Assembly (NCBI GenBank): GCA_003693705.1 | Contig: RBZT01000959.1 | Coordinates: 2,077 to 66,076 of the forward strand | Origin: Polymyxa betae A26-41 | Lineage: Eukaryota; Protista; Endomyxa: Phytomyxea | DNA: 64,000 nucleotides | Direction of reading: 5' to 3' | Part shown: positions 26,562-39,343 of the stretch, one piece after another | Layout: every line of letters starts with the position of its first letter | Position numbering within the stretch: position 1 is the stretch's first letter | Position numbers and translations under genes: made by a program | Notes under the pieces: generated by a model | Seen by the model: the letters and a program-made list of their open reading frames with translations, nothing else | What the model was told of the DNA's origin: nothing | Database searches by the model: none

Positions 26562-28027
26562 ATGCATCTTAGATCCACTATTGTCAGCTTGGGTTCGGCG
26601 TCACTCTTGCTCTTGCGTCCTTCGTTGGCTTTTGCAGAGAATGCTGCTGGCGATCAATCCCAGAGATCCAAACCTTGCCCTAATTGCTCGAACAAGCAAT
26701 TCCATCGCAGCTCCTATATAGACGCTTACGAAATAGCTGCACCTGCTGTAGTCAATGTACAATGCTCTTCCTCTAGCCATTTCCCTTTTGTTCGTGGGTA
26801 TGATGTTTGCGTGATTATTGCTGTTTCAAATGATGAATAACTGATAGAATTTCGAACGGAAGCGGTTTCATAATTACCGATTCTGGACGTGTTGTCACCA
26901 ATTGCCATGTCGTTCAGCACTGTCAAACTGCACCAATTATCACATTAGGTGATAATCAGCAATTTAGGGCCAGTGTTGTTGGAGTCGACAAAGCCACCGA
27001 TTTGGCTTTGCTTCAGATTATGGTTCCTGAAGGGATGAAGGTTATATATTCGTGCTGTTGAATTTCTGTTTTTATCAGATAAATGATTTACTAGACACCC
27101 TTTCCAGTAGCTAAACTTGGCGATTCAGACAAGATCAAGCCTGGGACCTTGGTGATGGCATTGGTAACTCGCCCCTTTCCACGTAATTATAAAATTTTGA
27201 TCAATCGGAAAGGGATCCCCGCTGTTATTACAGAAAACAGCAACTCATGGAATGATAAGTGCTGTAGAACGACATAGTGGTGAACTTGGTCTTTCAGCAT
27301 CTCATCGCACTGATTATATTCAAACCGGTAGGTTTTAGTTGAGTATCTGGACTAAACTATTCCAATGAACGACAATATAGATGTTCCCATTAATCAGGGA
27401 AACTCTGGCGGTCCTCTAATTGATCTGGACGGTATGGTGATCGGAGTCACTACAATGAAAGTTGAGAATGCCCCTGGAATATCCTTTGCTGTGCCCATAA
27501 AAACCGGTAAGCGTTCTCCAAATGCATTGTTCATGAAATACGTTTCGAATTGATTACTTGCATACGACAGTAAAAGCTGTTGTTGATCAACTTAATCAGT
27601 ATGGTCATGTGACAAGACCTTATATTGGTATTTTCATGCTCACTTTAACACCGAGCATTATCTCAAAAGAGCGCTATGCTGACCCTAACTTTCCTGAAGT
27701 TAAATCTGGCGTTCTAGTTACATCTGTATCTCCAGTATCACCGGCTGCAAGTAAGTAGAGTATAATCTCATTGTTTCAAAACTCTAATTGGGAACCAGAA
27801 GCTGGACTTCGACCCGGTGACATTATTATTTCGGTTGATGCTGACATACCTGTTAAAACGGCCCAGGCATTGACTGACTATCTTGGATTCGGCTATAAAA
27901 AGTCTATAGTTCTTCACATTCTACGTGGCCGAGATCAGCGTCTTGATGGTAACTTTTTGTACAAGTTGCGTCATGTGCTAACCAAAATCCAGTTCGAATA
28001 GATCCAATCATTCGGAACGATCTGTGA
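26562..28027 (+). CDS. HtrA/DegP-family serine protease with a PDZ domain
   Basis: APAVVNV, GSGFII, TNCHVV (His), TDLALL (Asp), [10 protein letters not shown] (Ser), RPYIGI and AGLRPGDII motifs. Confidence 0.93.
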
Positions 28028-28198
28028 ATCAAAGGATCTGAAAACTGTCCAGCTGACCTCTATGCAATTGAAAATATATATTTATTTTGAACAATATTTC
28101 ATTGTGAAGATGATGCTCTGAACGATATTTCGCGGTCGAGCAAAGTCGATTTTCGGTAATCTGAACAGTTACTTCTGGAGGCATTAATGGATATATGA

Positions 28199-28852
28199 TC
28201 ACCATATTATTGGAACCATTGGGAAGAAAGTTGGCCTCCTGTTTACATAGTATTCAGGTGCACTTGGTAGACAGGATTCTCTGACAATGACAGGATTTGG
28301 CTTGAAATGTGATGGCCAGTAGTACTGCTCGTAATACGATGGCTGCTGGCTGGATTGCCTGCAACAAGTATCGCAATATGAGGCTGGAGGATTTCGCTGC
28401 TTTTGAAATCTTTGGTTATTATGCCTGGTAGAATACGATGATCGATTCTGACATCTTTGATTGGAGTGATGGATGAAAGTTGGCTGATGCGAGTCAATTG
28501 ACCGAGATGAGTGTTGATTGCTCTGTTTGATATGAACAGGAATACTCTCTGGTTTAGAGGAAACATTGGCCTTGAAGAAAGCCTTCACATCCTTGATAAC
28601 GACAGGTTCAGGCTTAGACGGCGGTGTTGAGAGGACTGATTGCTGTGCCAACGAGCTGGCATTGTAACGTGGATCAACATCAATCTGTTCGATCTGATTC
28701 TCGTCTGTATCATCTGGAAGCACAATCCGTGATTGTTGAGGAGGTACACCTGAGAAATTAGGCTGAGAAGCCTCGTCAATATGAATCTGACGCATGAGTT
28801 CTCCAGGGAGCAATTCAATGGCAGATGCCTTGCTGTGTGTGCTCATCATCAT
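28199..28852 (-). CDS. Hypothetical low-complexity protein (217 aa, intronless)
   Basis: Single 217-codon ORF rich in P/Q/S, divergent from HSP70. Confidence 0.6.
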   Translation of the reverse strand: MMMSTHSKASAIELLPGELMRQIHIDEASQPNFSGVPPQQSRIVLPDDTDENQIEQIDVDPRYNASSLAQQSVLSTPPSKPEPVVIKDVKAFFKANVSSKPESIPVHIKQSNQHSSRSIDSHQPTFIHHSNQRCQNRSSYSTRHNNQRFQKQRNPPASYCDTCCRQSSQQPSYYEQYYWPSHFKPNPVIVRESCLPSAPEYYVNRRPTFFPMVPIIW

Positions 28853-28935
28853 CTTGTTAGAGATTCAAATTCGAAAAGCGATAATTTGAGAATGACAAGG
28901 GATGGTGATAGGATCGCCTTGATATAAGTCGCATG

Positions 28936-29080
28936 GAACGTTCTTGAGAATATTCTCAAGAATATTCAATATTCCGTAAAACTTCGAATGTAATTGGTGT
29001 ACGAGGTTGTATGAGTATCTATCATTATGTGGAATGTTCTGTATCTATCACTATGTTGGGAATGTTCTTAGGAATGTTCT
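28936..29080. promoter_or_regulatory. Heat-shock element array in the HSP70 promoter
   Basis: GAAnnTTC units at 28936, 28948 and 28960, including the perfect 22-nt palindrome TTCTTGAGAATATTCTCAAGAA (28941-28962), and GGAATGTTCT at 29031, 29059 and 29071. Confidence 0.85.
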
Positions 29081-29155
29081 TTATCACTATACCACTGTTC
29101 TAACACATGACTTCATTTCCCATTCTCTATTCAACTATCGCTTACAATCATCAAC

Positions 29156-31238
29156 ATGTCTAAGAACCAAAAATCTGCTGTTCATGCAATCGGCATCGAC
29201 CTGGGCACCACATATTCCTGGTAATCAGAAGCTATAGGCTGTTGTATATAGGTTCTTAGATCTTAAACAGTGTCGGTGTATGGAAGAATGGAACTGCTGA
29301 AATCATCGCCAATGACCAAGGCAATCGAACTACACCTTCATGGGTGGCATTCACTGATCAGGATCGACTAATTGGCGATGCTGCTAAGAACCAAGCTGCA
29401 CGTAATCCAGCCTTTTCAATCTTTGACGCCAAGCGTCTAATTGGTCGTAAATTTCATGATGAAACTGTTCAGCATGATATGAAATTATGGCCTTTCAAAG
29501 TTGTTGAGGCGGAAGGTGGTCGGCCTGCCATTGAAGTTGAATATCAAGGGCAACGCAAACGCTTCAAACCTGAAGAGATATCGGCTATGGTTCTGACCAA
29601 GATGAAGGAGACAGCTGAAGCCTATCTTGGTCAATCTGTTACTGATGCTGTTATTACATGTCCTGCTTATTTCAATGATGCTCAACGTCAAGCAACAAAG
29701 GATGCTGGACGTATTGCTGGCCTTAATGTTCTACGTATTATCAATGAGCCAACAGCTGCTGCCATTGCTTATGGGCTTGATAAAGGCAAGACTACTGGTG
29801 AACATAACGTTCTGATCTTCGACCTGGGCGGTGGTACATTTGGTGAGATCTGTTAGCGGATGATGTGTTCATGGTTGATTTATCTGATGAATAGATGTAT
29901 CGCTGCTTACAATCGATGGTGGCTTCTTCGAAGTTAAAGCTACAGCTGGTGATACACATTTGGGCGGCGAAGATTTTGATGATCGACTTGTTCGCCATTT
30001 CGTCGAGGAGTTCAAACGAAAGCATCGCGCTGATATTTCCGGATCTCAACGTGCTCTTCGACGACTTCGTACTGCCTGCGAGAGGGCTAAACGAGCTTTA
30101 TCATCATCAACACAGGCGACCGTTGAGGTCGACTCACTGCACGATGGAATCGATTTTAACTCATCTATTACTCGTGCTCGATTTGAAGCTCTCTGTCAAG
30201 ACCTATTCGATAGATGCATGAAACCTGTAGAACAAGTCCTTAAAGACACCGGTCTCAGTAAATCTCAGATTCATGAGGTCGTTCTGGTCGGCGGCTCGAC
30301 GAGTAAGAATCTGATATGCTTTTATCCTTCGAAATCTGATAGTTTTTGAAGGGATCCCAAAAGTTCAGTCGATGCTGTCACAGCTGTTTGGTGGTAAACA
30401 GCTCTGTCAATCTATCAATCCAGACGAAGCTGTAGCTTTTGGTGCAGCTGTACAAGCAGCTGTATTAACAGGTACTGCTACCGATGCAGCCAGCGAGATT
30501 CTATTGCTGGATGTTGCACCTCTATCTTTAGGTTTAGAGACTGCTGGTGGTGTCATGACTGTTCTCATTCCTCGCAATACCACTGTCCCGACCAAACGTA
30601 ATCAGATCTTCTCTACATATGCTGATAATCAGACCGGAGTTGATATTCAAGTCTTTGAAGGAGAAAGAACTCGGACCAAGGACAACAATCTACTGGGTCG
30701 CTTCCAGCTAGCTGGCATTGCTCCTAAACCAAGAGGTGTTCCCCAGATCGAAGTCACATTCGATCTAGATGCGAATGGCATCTTGAACGTCTCTGCTGTT
30801 GATACATCGTCTGGCAAGACTGAAAAGATTACCATTACAAACGATAAGTCTCGATTATCTGCTGATGATATTGAAAGAATGGTTCGAGAAGCGGAACAAT
30901 ACAAGGCTGAAGATCAAGCTGTTCGTGAACGAATTGAGGCTAAGAATCAGGTGGAGAATTACGTGTTTGGCATTCGCAATGCAATGAACGAGCAGCGTGA
31001 TAAACTTGATAAAGGATCGATTGACAAGCTCGAGCAATTAATTCAAGATGCAACTGCATGGATTGACCAACATGGAGATTCTGCAAGTGTTGAAGAGTTG
31101 AAAGCGAAGCAATCTGAATTGGAGAAGTCCATGGGATCATTGATGTCTTCGGCTTCTTCAGGAACATCGTATGATCGTGATGAGGGCATGTCTTATACAT
31201 CAAATCGATCTGGACCCAAAGTTGAAGAAGTCGACTGA
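29156..31238 (+). CDS. HSP70: Cytosolic HSP70, 4 exons
   Basis: [20 protein letters not shown] and VVLVGGST signatures, with a C-terminal GPKVEEVD. Confidence 0.98.
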
Positions 31239-31749
31239 GTTTGGTCAGAATTGTTCCAATAAATTTAATTATAGAACTCGTAAAATAATAATACTCACTG
31301 AAATTATTTCATAGACCAGTGCAATTAGAAAAAACTCAGGTCTGATGCTGCTTTCTATTTCTGCTATCAACATAAAACTTAAACGAATATTGCAAGAACC
31401 AAATCCTGAAAACTCGAGAAATGGAAGTATCAAAAAGGACTTTGCGACGTCCAGACTGAGCACATTAGGCTATTTGATTGGGAAGCAACAACTGCCTCCT
31501 GATTCCATCATCAGACTAATTTGAAGTAGTACCTCCCTAATCGTATTTAGACCAGAAATTGAGTTGGGAAAGGGTGCCATGTTGAGCAATGTAATCGATG
31601 GGGATATTCATCAATCGAGGGCTTTCCCTGAGATAATTGCACCTATCTATCTTGGAACCAGATGAGATGCGATGTGATCTGGGACCGTCTGTCGAGTTTT
31701 CTAATGAATCGCAGGTAAGCCAATTCGTTGGAAACAAGGAGGAATCTAG

Positions 31750-32586
31750 ATGATACTGGACCTGAATCAAAGCTCAATGCATTATTTATCGAATTTTGAC
31801 CAGGAACAATCCAGTTCCGATGACGAAGATGATAGTGAAGATTTTGATACTGATAATGAGTCTGCTGATTCAGATAATGATAGTAGTGACAATTCTCAGA
31901 ATAGTAATGACAGTGATTCGGACGATGATGACGATAATAGTGACGATGATAGTAGTAATGATGACGATGATGAGAACGAAGATGACAGTGATGACGAGAA
32001 TGATAAGACCAGTCAAGAGGAGATTGAGAATAAATTAGAGAGCAATGATGATGATATGAGCGCTTGGTTAAGAATATCTACAATATCGGCAGACATTGAT
32101 GCTATCACTGAACATCTCTGTCAAATATTTCATGTTGATAGACAGAGAGTTGATCATCTGGATCTCAGAAGGAGATCAATACCAAATACATCAAATTCTA
32201 CATCGATTCCAGTATCAGCTCCACCAATACCAACTTCGATCCACAATCAGTCCTCTTACTCAAAAACAACAAATCAATTCTCGACAGAATTTATCGAAAA
32301 ACAGAAACACAAGCTCCAGCAGAAAGCAGGATGGGAGAATCAAAAAGCTGAAGATTTATATCGATTGCCCGTATTAAGATGTTCTGATAAGAGAAGAGAT
32401 ATATGCAATAGAAGACATGATAATGATAATGACACTGTTAAGAAGTCGCAGACATGGATTGTACCTGTTAATCCAGTACTTACAACACATCTATCTATTA
32501 CTGATACTAAGGATACATTCATTTCTGATGATGAAGATCAAACATGTCATATCAGAGATCGCAGAACACCATCATTTGTGCAATAA
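31750..32586 (+). CDS. Hypothetical protein with a long D/S/N acidic tract
   Basis: 278-codon intronless ORF with GAT/GAC/AGT-rich low complexity at about 31800-32050. Confidence 0.55.
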   Translation: MILDLNQSSMHYLSNFDQEQSSSDDEDDSEDFDTDNESADSDNDSSDNSQNSNDSDSDDDDDNSDDDSSNDDDDENEDDSDDENDKTSQEEIENKLESNDDDMSAWLRISTISADIDAITEHLCQIFHVDRQRVDHLDLRRRSIPNTSNSTSIPVSAPPIPTSIHNQSSYSKTTNQFSTEFIEKQKHKLQQKAGWENQKAEDLYRLPVLRCSDKRRDICNRRHDNDNDTVKKSQTWIVPVNPVLTTHLSITDTKDTFISDDEDQTCHIRDRRTPSFVQ

Positions 32587-32916
32587 TTCAGGAGATGATG
32601 GACAACTGACAACAATAAACTAAGCAATAATATTGAAAAAGAGTGAAAATGTTGAAATCAAAGATCCAATGAAGGAGCCGAATGTTGTCAATCGTATTTT
32701 GAAAGATATTATCCCGACGTCAACAAACCGTGTTTTGTTGAAATTTGATTCGAGATTTCACTTCAGGTGAGAATGGGATCGTCGGAGGAACGGACAGCCG
32801 AATTGAAGTTTATATAAAGGTTGGGATGAGATGATTACAGGCAAACATTACCAATTCTGTTAAAATGCTGAGAGCTGATTTAGTTCATATTACAAAATGA
32901 TGTAATAATGATCAAT

Positions 32917-33575
32917 CTATTTCCTGGTAAATTTCGATCTCCATTCGTTAAGGCCTCGAGACCAATCAGATCTACTAAATCCTTCAGGAGTATAAACACA
33001 ATGAACACCAAGACGTGAAACGGTTGCAATATTGCCAGGCTCGTTATCGAAGAAAATCATACTTTCATAAGATAAACCTGTCTGTTTTTGTAATGCCTGA
33101 AAATGTCTGTCCTATAAAGCAATAAATACGAAGTGAGAAAGCAACAGATTCTTATTACACCTTGGATTGCTTGGAGATCTGTTCATGCTTGAAAATATTC
33201 TTCAAGGGGATATCATTGTCAATGTGAATATTTTTAAGACAGATCTGAGCCCATTCTGGTTCATCAGTCTTGGAAGAGATAGCAAATATGATATCAGATG
33301 TGGATAAATCTGAATGAAGTTCTCGTAGAACATTGCGAGTATCATTCATGAGATATATAAGGGTTCCTTGTCGATCTACAACATCTCCAGTTGCATCATG
33401 TTTCTTGAATGGAGGACCTCCATCTCCCCATCTAATTTCATCATTAGCCAGCTGTCACCGAAATATCAGACAGATTATGCTAGCATTACAGCATATACAT
33501 CTCTGGATACCATAAGGTTCCATCCAAATCAAATACGACCAACTGAGGAAAGATCTGCTTAGCAGGAGGACTCAT
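32917..33575 (-). CDS. MDP1: Magnesium-dependent phosphatase 1 (HAD family), 3 exons
   Basis: MSPPAKQIFPQLVVFDLDGTLWYPEM, SSKTDEPEWA and MIFFDNEPGNI motifs. Confidence 0.9.
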
Positions 33576-34858
33576 ACTAATGACACCAATTACAGTGATA
33601 TAAAGATGATGTCTGAGTTTCCACTTTGCAGCCCTCGTTCAGGTAAATTCTCCTGAAAAAAATAGATAGCGCAATAAAATTTCAATTTGAAAAGACATAC
33701 AGTATGTACGTACTGTACGGTAGATATTATACGTACATAGTGCGTAGCGGGTGTCCTTCGGAATCTGTTATGTCCGTATAGCGATAGAATTTCCTTGCGA
33801 ATTTCCTGATCCTGCAAAATCGCTGCCCAAGGCTTCGAGAACTACACTGTAGCACGGCATGGTCATTGAAGTTAGATGGATATTTGCACGATGTCACGTT
33901 TTTTGGCAGCTTCCCAGAACATTTCGATGTAACTGAAACGTCCAAGATCACTTGAGGTCGTGGTGGATAGTACGGTATTCAGAGAATGCAAATTGAAAAA
34001 CTCGACACAGATAATCGAAATTTTTCTGAATGAAAGTAGACCGTCGTTATCTTGATGTCCCCTTGTTGATACATAAAAACATAGTCCCCCATCGACTCAT
34101 GTTCATAATTGAACTCGCATAGCCTTCAGTGTATTTTTACTGTGGGATAAAAAGTGCCTTGGAAATCCCTTCGCAGTTTATATTTGTTCTTGTAAATACA
34201 AGTGTAAATTGCCATGTCTTCTTAATACTTCCAAGAAAAACTACCAGGAAAAATCAAATTCTTTAAATCGAGACGCGAAAAGTTTGTCTCCAAATGGTCT
34301 GCATTTTGGCGTCTTGCTTGGGATCCCAAAGCTCCGTCACTGCCCCCTATAATCTTTTGAGATATTAGCCCTATCAGCAATTACAGAGTTAAGGTGTCCG
34401 CTACGTTACGTACTATATTCTATAGTACCAGAAAATCAATGTGCGCGTTTGTAACTGAAATTTAATCGGATTCCAATCAATACCTAACTGACAGCAAGCA
34501 TCTTGATTGGGAATGAGAACGGACATAAGAGATGAAGTTATGACTCGTATCATTCGTATGGGATTAAAGAGGCTGGTTGAAACAGAGTTGCCTCCAATGA
34601 AGTTGCGCATGAAGTGGTGTGACCCCGGGACCCCGAATAATTTTTCTTATCAACTTGATAATATAAACTGAGAAGTCGGTCCCTCCCTCTCTAACTCCTT
34701 ACCTAACCTACCTGTCTCTGTCTGTCTCTCTATCGCTTTATGACCATATTACGATAACATCGCAAACATCACTTCATCTGTTTCACACTCGCTGTCAAGG
34801 TATTCTCAGGCTAGCATTATTTGGGCACTGCTCATATTCTATCAAGGTATAAATTCTC

Positions 34859-36139
<1,281 letters not shown>

Positions 36140-36379
36140 ATCTTGTTTTCGAAGTATTTAAAATGTGGCAAAAATAAACCAACACATTCTAATATGCTAC
36201 CTACATACCGTATTTCAGTACGTTGAGTTGATAATACAGTACAAACATTGAGATTCGAGAAACTGCGTCCTATGTTGTGCCAAGTTGTAACAACAAGTTA
36301 TTGATTCTTACTGTATTCAACACCGGCTGTCATAAAACTGTCCTTTTACTACCGATCTAGTACTTTCAAGTTCGTCAGT

Positions 36380-37506
36380 ATGAACATGAATCGTATGCAG
36401 CAGATGTTTGGCAGTGGCGTTGCTGCGCCTGGTGGCGCTGATCAACCTGTCGCTGATACTGCCGAAATCACCTATATCTCATCCCTAGCTTTGCTTAAAA
36501 TGCTGAAGCATGGGAGAGCTGGTGTGCCGATGGAAGTTATGGGGTTAATGCTTGGGGAATTTGTTGATGACTACACTGTTCGAGTTGTCGACGTCTTCGC
36601 AATGCCACAAAGGCAAGATGTCCTTTGATATGGTTATTAAACCTCTTACTGTTTGTCATAGTGGGACAGGTGTATCTGTTGAAGCTGTGGATCCAGTGTT
36701 CCAGACTAATATGCTGGACATGTTAAAACAAACTGCTCGGCCAGAAATGGTTGTAGGCTGGTACCACAGTCATCCAGGATTTGGCTGCTGGCTTTCTGGT
36801 TTTGAGTATTCTATGCTTAGGAAGCAGGATCTGATTTTTGACCAGGTGTCGATATCAACACACAGCAATCATTCGAAGCCTTAAACAAAAGAGCTGTTGC
36901 TGTTGTTGTCGATCCGATTCAGTCAGTCAAAGGAAAAGTTGTCATCGATGCCTTCAGATTGATTAACCCTCAGCTTATGATGCTTGGTCAAGGCAAGCGA
37001 GATGCTTCCGATTTCTTTGTTTTTGTATTAAGTGTGCTTAAGAGCCAAGACAAACGACTTCGAATCTCGGGTCTCTAAACAAGCCTTCCATTCAGGCCTT
37101 GATCCACAATCTGAATCGACACTATTATTCCATCAACATTAGCTACAGCAAAAACGAGCTTGAACAAAAGATGCTGTTGAATCTTCACAAAAAGCAATGG
37201 ACAGACAGTCTTCGAATAGAGACGTTCGATGCACACAGCAAAGACAACGAGACGACTGTTCAGGTGCATTGCAAATCCCTACTTCTTTGTTCTCACACTG
37301 ATTCGTTTCATCAGACTCTTCTGCGGCTCAGCAAGTCGTATGCGGCTTGGTTGAAGGAAGAGGACACTCTCTCTAAAGAGGAGCTAGCCATTGCTCACGT
37401 GGGGAAAGTTGACCCTAAAAAGCATCTCGAGACGAATGTAACAAACCTGATGTCCTCCAATATCATTCAAAACCTTGGCATTATGCTGAATACTGTCGTT
37501 TTTTGA
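36380..37506 (+). CDS. RPN11: 26S proteasome deubiquitinase RPN11/PSMD14
   Basis: [27 protein letters not shown] and [17 protein letters not shown] (JAMM motif). Two of its four introns need GC donors. Confidence 0.98.
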
Positions 37507-37662
37507 TTAGGTTTCGAAAATCGCTCATAAATCACATATTTTCAAGCCGTATTAATTACTCTCTTTTGCCTTATTACAAACATGAATGCATTCGTTTGAA
37601 ACGAGAAGAAATTATTCCAGCTCTGATTAACAACGCAGTTCATAACCAGGTAAATGAAGTAA

Positions 37663-38515
37663 TTATTTTTTGGATTTCTTGGGAGACTGAGGGTTTTCGC
37701 CTGAATCACTTTTTCGCTTCTTGCCTTCGCTTCTGAGTGATGTCGCTTCTGCTCCGGCTTCAGGCTTTCTCTTCGTTTGCGAAGATGCCTTTCTGGAGGT
37801 CTGCGCTTTCTTTGCTGATTTTTTGGCCTTCTCACTTACCTTCTTAGTGGGGTTTTCCTTGCGAATCGACACTTTATCGGCAACAGACTTCTTCTTGGTA
37901 AGCGATTTCTTCTTAGTGGCAGTTTTCAGGTCGCCTGCTGCTTTCGTGCTGGGCTTCTTAGGAAGACTCTTTTTGGGGGATTTCTTTTCAACAGAGTGGT
38001 TTTTCACAGACCGTTTCTTGGCTGATGTCTTTTTCTTGGTAACTGATTTCTTCTGATTAGATTCTTTGGTGCCCTTAGAGGTAGACTTCTGATCTTCAGT
38101 TGTTTTCTTCTTGACGGAAGCCTTTTTCTTGGTGACAACCTCTTTGTCTTCAGCTTTAATTTTGCTCTGCAACACATCGGTGAGATATCGTCACCAAAGT
38201 TAGAATATGGGGACCTTGGAAGGCGATTTCTTTGGAGAAGACTTTGCAACCTTGAAGGACTGCTTAACTTGGATGAAAGATCCCTCCGCTACACCCTTTT
38301 TCAAAGCACCAGAAATGTATTTATCACTTGTCTAAGGAGAAGGTCATAAACCAGATGAATCAAACTTCGTGCCATTATACTTCGGCTTCCTTGAGCTCGT
38401 AATTATCATGAATGTATTTTTTGATAGCAGTTCTAGAACTTCCTCCCTTCTCGGAAAGTTCGTTGATAGCTTTGCTGACCATGGTCTTGTAAGCAGTTTG
38501 AGCAAGTTTGGTCAT
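37663..38515 (-). CDS. Linker histone H1 (winged-helix globular domain plus Lys-rich tail)
   Basis: YKTMVSKAINELSEKGGSSRTAIKKYI...ALKKGVAEGSFIQVKQSFKV, followed by a K/S/T-rich tail with SPKK motifs. Confidence 0.9.
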
Positions 38516-39343
38516 GGCTACACTTGTAGAATGCGTGCGTATTACAAACTGGTAGGCAAAGGTTGTCAGCGATCAAGTAAGGGAATATTAAGAAATTATT
38601 GCACCTGATGACGCTGATAGGTGATAGACTGATTCGCAACAGATGAAATACTCACAACAACAAACTCAGCAACACGACAACACGGCAACACCTAGAACGC
38701 ACTGTGTACTTTCGAAATCCCAAATTCTAATCACTGCGAGTCTGCGACCGACAAAGCGCGCGCTTTTTATCTGATCTTAAACTGTTGGCGTCCAGTCAGA
38801 GGGTGGTTCTCTCTCACAATTTTACAAATAAAAACGCACACGGAATTGACACTAAGTCACAGGCGTCAATGAGCAATTTCATTCAAAAATCATGACATAG
38901 AAATTTTGGTATTTTTATCATTTATTCAAACCGTCAAACACCGTTTTGCGCTAATTTACAAATATGCTTGAAAAGTCGCAACAAGAAGCCTGTGAGACCG
39001 TCTGATAGCTGAACTCACCAATATATTCCAAACTTATTATCACAGTTTATTAATGGCATGCGATTTAGCTAGGTTGCCCTCAAATATTGTTTCGAAGATG
39101 TTTTTCGTAGTTAAATCAGCCGATACGGAATGAATTGTGCTGCAGACGCGTTTGCTGGCTCTATATAAAGTACTTGAACTCTTGAAGTGCATGATTATGG
39201 GACAGCCATGCTTAACTAGTATGATGAATAGAAGCGGCAGGTATGATATGGATATCGCATACTGTTACATACACAGATGACCAATACCTATAAAACGAAG
39301 AGCGCGGCCCTTGTCTAACATCTTTAGACTCAGGTATTAGAAC

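Noticed and set aside
28100-28170. C/D snoRNA-like boxes between convergent genes
   Set aside because: The C box is imperfect, and I could identify no terminal stem or rRNA-complementary guide.
29485-31203. Multiple antisense and alternate-frame ORFs over HSP70 (likewise over H1, ATG1, POLD2 and VPS16)
   Set aside because: They are shadows of codon-biased real genes and show no motifs of their own.
31800-32050. GAT-rich tract as a satellite or array
   Set aside because: It is in-frame Asp/Ser/Asn coding low complexity with no repeat-spacer structure. No CRISPR, tRNA or rRNA was seen anywhere in the window.
33590-34330. Exon-like fragments upstream of MDP1
   Set aside because: Stops occur in every frame tried and no family is recognisable; left unannotated.
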